Source: an uncultured Holophagaceae bacterium | GTDB taxonomy: Bacteria; Acidobacteriota; Holophagae; Holophagales; Holophagaceae | DNA: 64,000 nt | NCBI GenBank assembly: GCA_903873655.1 | Contig: CAIQPH010000279.1 | Location: 1,321-65,320 of the forward strand | Reading direction: 5' to 3' | Shown here: positions 60,462-64,000 of the stretch, piece by piece | Layout: the number at the start of each line of letters is the position of its first letter | Numbering within the stretch: position 1 is the first letter of the stretch | Notes under the pieces: generated by a model | Database searches by the model: none | The model's input: only the letters and a program-made list of their open reading frames with translations | What the model was told of the DNA's origin: nothing | Position numbers and translations under genes: made by a program

Positions 60462-61277
60462 ATGCCAGTCTCCGAGGCGCTTCCGGTCCTGCAAGCCATC
60501 GCTCCCTTCGTTCCGGATCTGGCCATCGTCCTGGGGTCAGGTCTGGGTGCCCTGGCCGACAGTGCCGAAGCGAGGAGAGGACTGTCCATTCCCTTCACGG
60601 ACCTACCGGGCTTTCCTGCGCCGACGGTGGCCGGGCATGGCGGCAAAGTCGTCTTCTGTGAATTCGAGGGACGGAAGGTGCTCCTGCAGGCCGGCCGTTT
60701 CCATTTCTATGAGGGTCATCCCATGCCCCTCATCGTCTCGCCCATGCGACTCTACGGGCGCCTGGGCGTCAGGGCGGTGCTGCTGACCAATGCCGCCGGA
60801 GCCCTGAATCCCGCCTTCGGAGTGGGTGAGCTCATGGCCCTGACCGATCACATCAACCAGTTCAGCACCAATCCCCTCATCGGGCCGAACGTGGAGCCCG
60901 GCCCACGCTTCCCGGACATGACGGCCATCTACGACCCGGCTTTCCGGAACCAGCTGAAGACCTGCGCCCGGGACCTTGGCCAGACGCTGCGCGAGGGGGT
61001 CTACCTGGGCTTGACCGGCCCCAGCTACGAGACCCCGGCCGAGATCCGCGCCTTCCGCATCCTGGGTGCGGATGCCGTGGGCATGAGCACGGTGCCGGAG
61101 GCGATCGTGGCCCGGCACGAAGGCATGCGCGTGGCTGGGATCTCCTGCCTGTGCAACATGGCGGCGGGCATCCTGCCCCGAGCCCTGACCCACCAGGAAG
61201 TCCTGGAGGCGGGAGCTGCGGCCGCTGGGCGCTTCGAGGCCCTGGTCCGAGCTTTCGTGCGGACCCTCCCCCAATAA
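60462..61277 (+). CDS. Purine-nucleoside phosphorylase (trimeric type)
   Basis: LGSGLG, GRFHFYEG, GPSYETPAE and VGMSTVPE motifs. Confidence 0.92.
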   Translation: MPVSEALPVLQAIAPFVPDLAIVLGSGLGALADSAEARRGLSIPFTDLPGFPAPTVAGHGGKVVFCEFEGRKVLLQAGRFHFYEGHPMPLIVSPMRLYGRLGVRAVLLTNAAGALNPAFGVGELMALTDHINQFSTNPLIGPNVEPGPRFPDMTAIYDPAFRNQLKTCARDLGQTLREGVYLGLTGPSYETPAEIRAFRILGADAVGMSTVPEAIVARHEGMRVAGISCLCNMAAGILPRALTHQEVLEAGAAAAGRFEALVRAFVRTLPQ

Positions 61278-61303
61278 ACAGCTAGGTCCTCTAGATCAAC
61301 AAA

Positions 61304-61373
61304 GCAGAAGCCCGGCTCGGCCGGGCTTCTGCGCGGGGATCCGGGGGTGTTCGCGCAGCGAGGAACCCCCGGA
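61304..61373 (-). repeat. Family A two-hairpin palindrome between convergent genes
   Basis: Minus strand TCCGGGGG-TTCCTCGCTGCGCGAACA-CCCCCGGA-TCCCCGC-GCAGAAGCCCGGC..GCCGGGCTTCTGC. Confidence 0.7.
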
Positions 61374-61378
61374 GGACA

Positions 61379-63331
61379 TCAGGCGTTGAGGATCTGGTGC
61401 TCTTCGATGAGCATCTCGACCACGTGGGGATCGGCCAGGGTGGAGAGGTCGCCCAGACCGCTGTATTCCCCGGCGGCGATCTTCCGCAGGATGCGGCGCA
61501 TGATCTTGCCGCTCCGGGTCTTGGGCAGGCCGGGGACGATGTGGATGATGTCGGGCGCGGCAAAGGCACCGATGACATGCCGGACCTGTTCCTTGAGGGC
61601 GCCGACAAGTTCCTGGTCCCCCTTTTCCTCGTAGCCGCTGTTCAACAGCACGTAACAATAGATGCCCTGGCCCTTGCCGTGGTGCGGGTAGCCGACCACC
61701 GCCGCCTCGGCCACGGCCTCGTGGGACACGAGGGCGCTTTCGATTTCCGCAGTGCCCAGACGGTGGCCGCTCACGTTGATCACGTCATCGATGCGGCCCG
61801 TGATCCAGTAGTAGCCGTCCTCGTCCCGCCGGGCGCCATCCCCCGTGAAGTAGTAACCCGGGTACTGGGAGTAATAGGTTTCCTTGAAGCGATGGTGGTC
61901 GCCATGCACGGTCCGGGCCTGGCCGGGCCAGGGTGCGCCCAGGCAGAGGGCTCCAGAGACGTCATTGCCTTCAAGCGGCACGCCGGTGACCATGTCCACG
62001 AGCACGGGCTTCACGCCGAAGAAGGGCAGCGTGGCCGATCCAGGCTTGGTGGGCGTGACGCCAGGGAGCGGGGTGATGAGAATGCCGCCGGTCTCAGTCT
62101 GCCACCAGGTGTCCACGATGGTGCAGCGGCCTTCCCCCACCACATCGTGATACCAGCACCAGACTTCCGGATTGATGGGTTCGCCCACGGAGCCGAGCAC
62201 CCGCAGCGTCTTCCGGCTGGATTTCTTGACCCAATCATCACCCGCCTGGGCCAGGGCACGCAGGGCCGTCGGGGCCGTGTAGAAGATGGTGACTTTCAGG
62301 TCGTCGATGATCTGCCAGTAGCGACCGGGATCGGGATACAAAGGGGTGGACTCGAAGATCACCGAGGTGGCGCCGTTCGCCAGCGGGCCATAGACGATGT
62401 AGCTGTGGCCCGTCACCCAGCCGATGTCCGCGGCGCAGAAGTAGATGTCGTCCGGGTGGTAGTCGAAGACCACCTTGTGGGTGTAGGCGGCATAGGTGAG
62501 GTAGCCGCCCGTGGTGTGCAGGAGGCCCTTGGGTTTCCCGGTGCTGCCGGAGGTGTACAGGATGAAGAGGGGGTCTTCCGCTCCCATCCACTCGTTGGTG
62601 CAGGTCGACCGCTGCTTGGCGGTCTCTTCGTCCAGCCAGTGGTCGCGCCCCGGCTGCATGGGAACGTCCCCATCGGTGCGCCGTGCGACGATCACCGTTT
62701 CCACCAGGGACATGCCTTCGATGGCGCGATCCACGATCCGCTTCAGGGGCACCCGCTTGCCGCCGCGCAGCCCTTCGTTGGCCGTGACCACCACCCTGCA
62801 GCGGGCATCCACGATGCGGTCGCGCAGGGCCTCGGCCGAGAACCCACCGAAGACCGCCGAGTGCACGGCCCCGATGCGGGCACAGGCGAGCATGGTGTAG
62901 ACCAGTTCCGGGATCATGGTCATGTAGAGACAAACCCGGTCGCCCTTCTTCACGCCGTGATGGAGCAGGACGTTCGCGATTCGCGCCACATGGTGCTTCA
63001 GGTCCCGGTAGGTGATGTGGGTGTACTGGCCGGGTTCGTCCTGAGCCCAGATCAAGGCCGTCTTGTCGCCAAGATGGGGCAGGTGCCGGTCCACGCAGTT
63101 GAAGCAGGCATTGAGGCGGCCGCCCGAGAACCAGGAGAAGTCCACTTCCCGGTAGTCCGCGTCGAACACAGAATGCCAGGGGTGGTACCAGGTCAGGGTC
63201 TTGGCCTGCTCGCCCCAGAACCATTCCGGGTTATCCAGCGACAGGCGATAGAGCCGCTGGTATTCCTCCATGGACTTGATGTGCGCCCGCTCCCGGATCT
63301 GGGGTTTTACCGGGTAGAGATCGTCAGACAT
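61379..63331 (-). CDS. acs: Acetyl-CoA synthetase
   Basis: [20 protein letters not shown] and [11 protein letters not shown] motifs. Confidence 0.95.
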   Translation of the reverse strand: MSDDLYPVKPQIRERAHIKSMEEYQRLYRLSLDNPEWFWGEQAKTLTWYHPWHSVFDADYREVDFSWFSGGRLNACFNCVDRHLPHLGDKTALIWAQDEPGQYTHITYRDLKHHVARIANVLLHHGVKKGDRVCLYMTMIPELVYTMLACARIGAVHSAVFGGFSAEALRDRIVDARCRVVVTANEGLRGGKRVPLKRIVDRAIEGMSLVETVIVARRTDGDVPMQPGRDHWLDEETAKQRSTCTNEWMGAEDPLFILYTSGSTGKPKGLLHTTGGYLTYAAYTHKVVFDYHPDDIYFCAADIGWVTGHSYIVYGPLANGATSVIFESTPLYPDPGRYWQIIDDLKVTIFYTAPTALRALAQAGDDWVKKSSRKTLRVLGSVGEPINPEVWCWYHDVVGEGRCTIVDTWWQTETGGILITPLPGVTPTKPGSATLPFFGVKPVLVDMVTGVPLEGNDVSGALCLGAPWPGQARTVHGDHHRFKETYYSQYPGYYFTGDGARRDEDGYYWITGRIDDVINVSGHRLGTAEIESALVSHEAVAEAAVVGYPHHGKGQGIYCYVLLNSGYEEKGDQELVGALKEQVRHVIGAFAAPDIIHIVPGLPKTRSGKIMRRILRKIAAGEYSGLGDLSTLADPHVVEMLIEEHQILNA

Positions 63332-63382
63332 GGGTCGCCTCATTGCCGAGAGTAAAGGGTGAGGAAAGAAATGGTTCGGAAA

Positions 63383-63449
63383 AGGCCGGACGATGGATGG
63401 CTCCAGTCGTCCGGCCTCTATCCTAGCTCCAGCGGCAAGGCCGCTGGAG
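63383..63449. other. Two strong hairpins between the MFS gene and acs
   Basis: AGGCCGGACGA..TCGTCCGGCCT and CTCCAGCGGC-AAG-GCCGCTGGAG. Confidence 0.5.
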
Positions 63450-63455
63450 TTCAAA

Positions 63456-64000
63456 TCATTGCTCGTGCTGATAGGTATTGATGTCGCGATCCTTGGTTTC
63501 CTTCAGGAAGATGGAGCCGATCACGAAGGTGACGAGCGCCACGATGACGGGATACCAGATGCCGTAGTAGATGTTGCCCTTCATGGCTACGATGGCCGTC
63601 GCGATGAGGGGCAGCATGCCGCCGAACCAGCCGTTGCCGATGTGGTAGGGCAGGGACATGGAGGTGTAGCGGATGTTGGTGGGGAAGAGTTCCACCAGGA
63701 AGGCCGCGATGGGCCCGTAGACCATGGTCACGTAGATGAGGAAGATGAACAGGATCAAGAGGGTCATGGGGTAGTTGACCTTGGACTTGTCTGCCTCCTT
63801 GGGCAGGCCAAGATCATTCAGTGCCTTCTTGAGCTGCGCTTCAGCCGTGGGCTTCTTCGCGTCGGCATCCGCCTTGGCCTGGGCCCAACCGTCCACCTGA
63901 ACAGACTGGTACTGGCCCGTGGTCGGGTTCTTGCCGGTGACGGTGGCGACCACCATCTTCCCGGGTACCGGGGCAACCTTCTTGAAGTTGAGCCCCTGCT
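63456..64000 (-). CDS. MFS transporter (MHS family), 5' part outside the window
   Basis: [34 protein letters not shown]. Confidence 0.88.
   Translation of the reverse strand, partial: QGLNFKKVAPVPGKMVVATVTGKNPTTGQYQSVQVDGWAQAKADADAKKPTAEAQLKKALNDLGLPKEADKSKVNYPMTLLILFIFLIYVTMVYGPIAAFLVELFPTNIRYTSMSLPYHIGNGWFGGMLPLIATAIVAMKGNIYYGIWYPVIVALVTFVIGSIFLKETKDRDINTYQHEQ

Overview
GC-rich bacterial chromosomal window; gene content suggests Acidobacteriota, Holophagae/Geothrix-like (inference). It is mostly housekeeping and metabolic genes: a Ser/Thr kinase, ccsA-hemA, prfB, bamD, rlmN, trmD-rplS, a UbiD-family decarboxylase, rplU-rpmA-obgE-nadD-rsfS-gdh, a 7-gene Ehr (hydrogenase-4-like, no NiFe site) complex, pilC/gspF, envC, an argR-controlled arginine operon, lpdA, a desaturase, serA, moaC, PNP and acs. 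I saw no rRNA, tRNA, CRISPR array, transposase or prophage. Most notable: (1) the arg operon has no argA or argJ but carries a DUF1611/DgcN-like P-loop gene coupled to argC, a candidate new N-acetylglutamate synthase; (2) a family of two-hairpin palindromic repeats occurs between genes and as in-frame insertions in rlmN (RPE-like), possibly also in obgE; (3) hemA has an in-frame TAG at codon 18; (4) three related TA-flanked MITE-like elements; (5) prfB lacks the usual +1 frameshift. All calls come from motif recognition by eye; no database searches were run.
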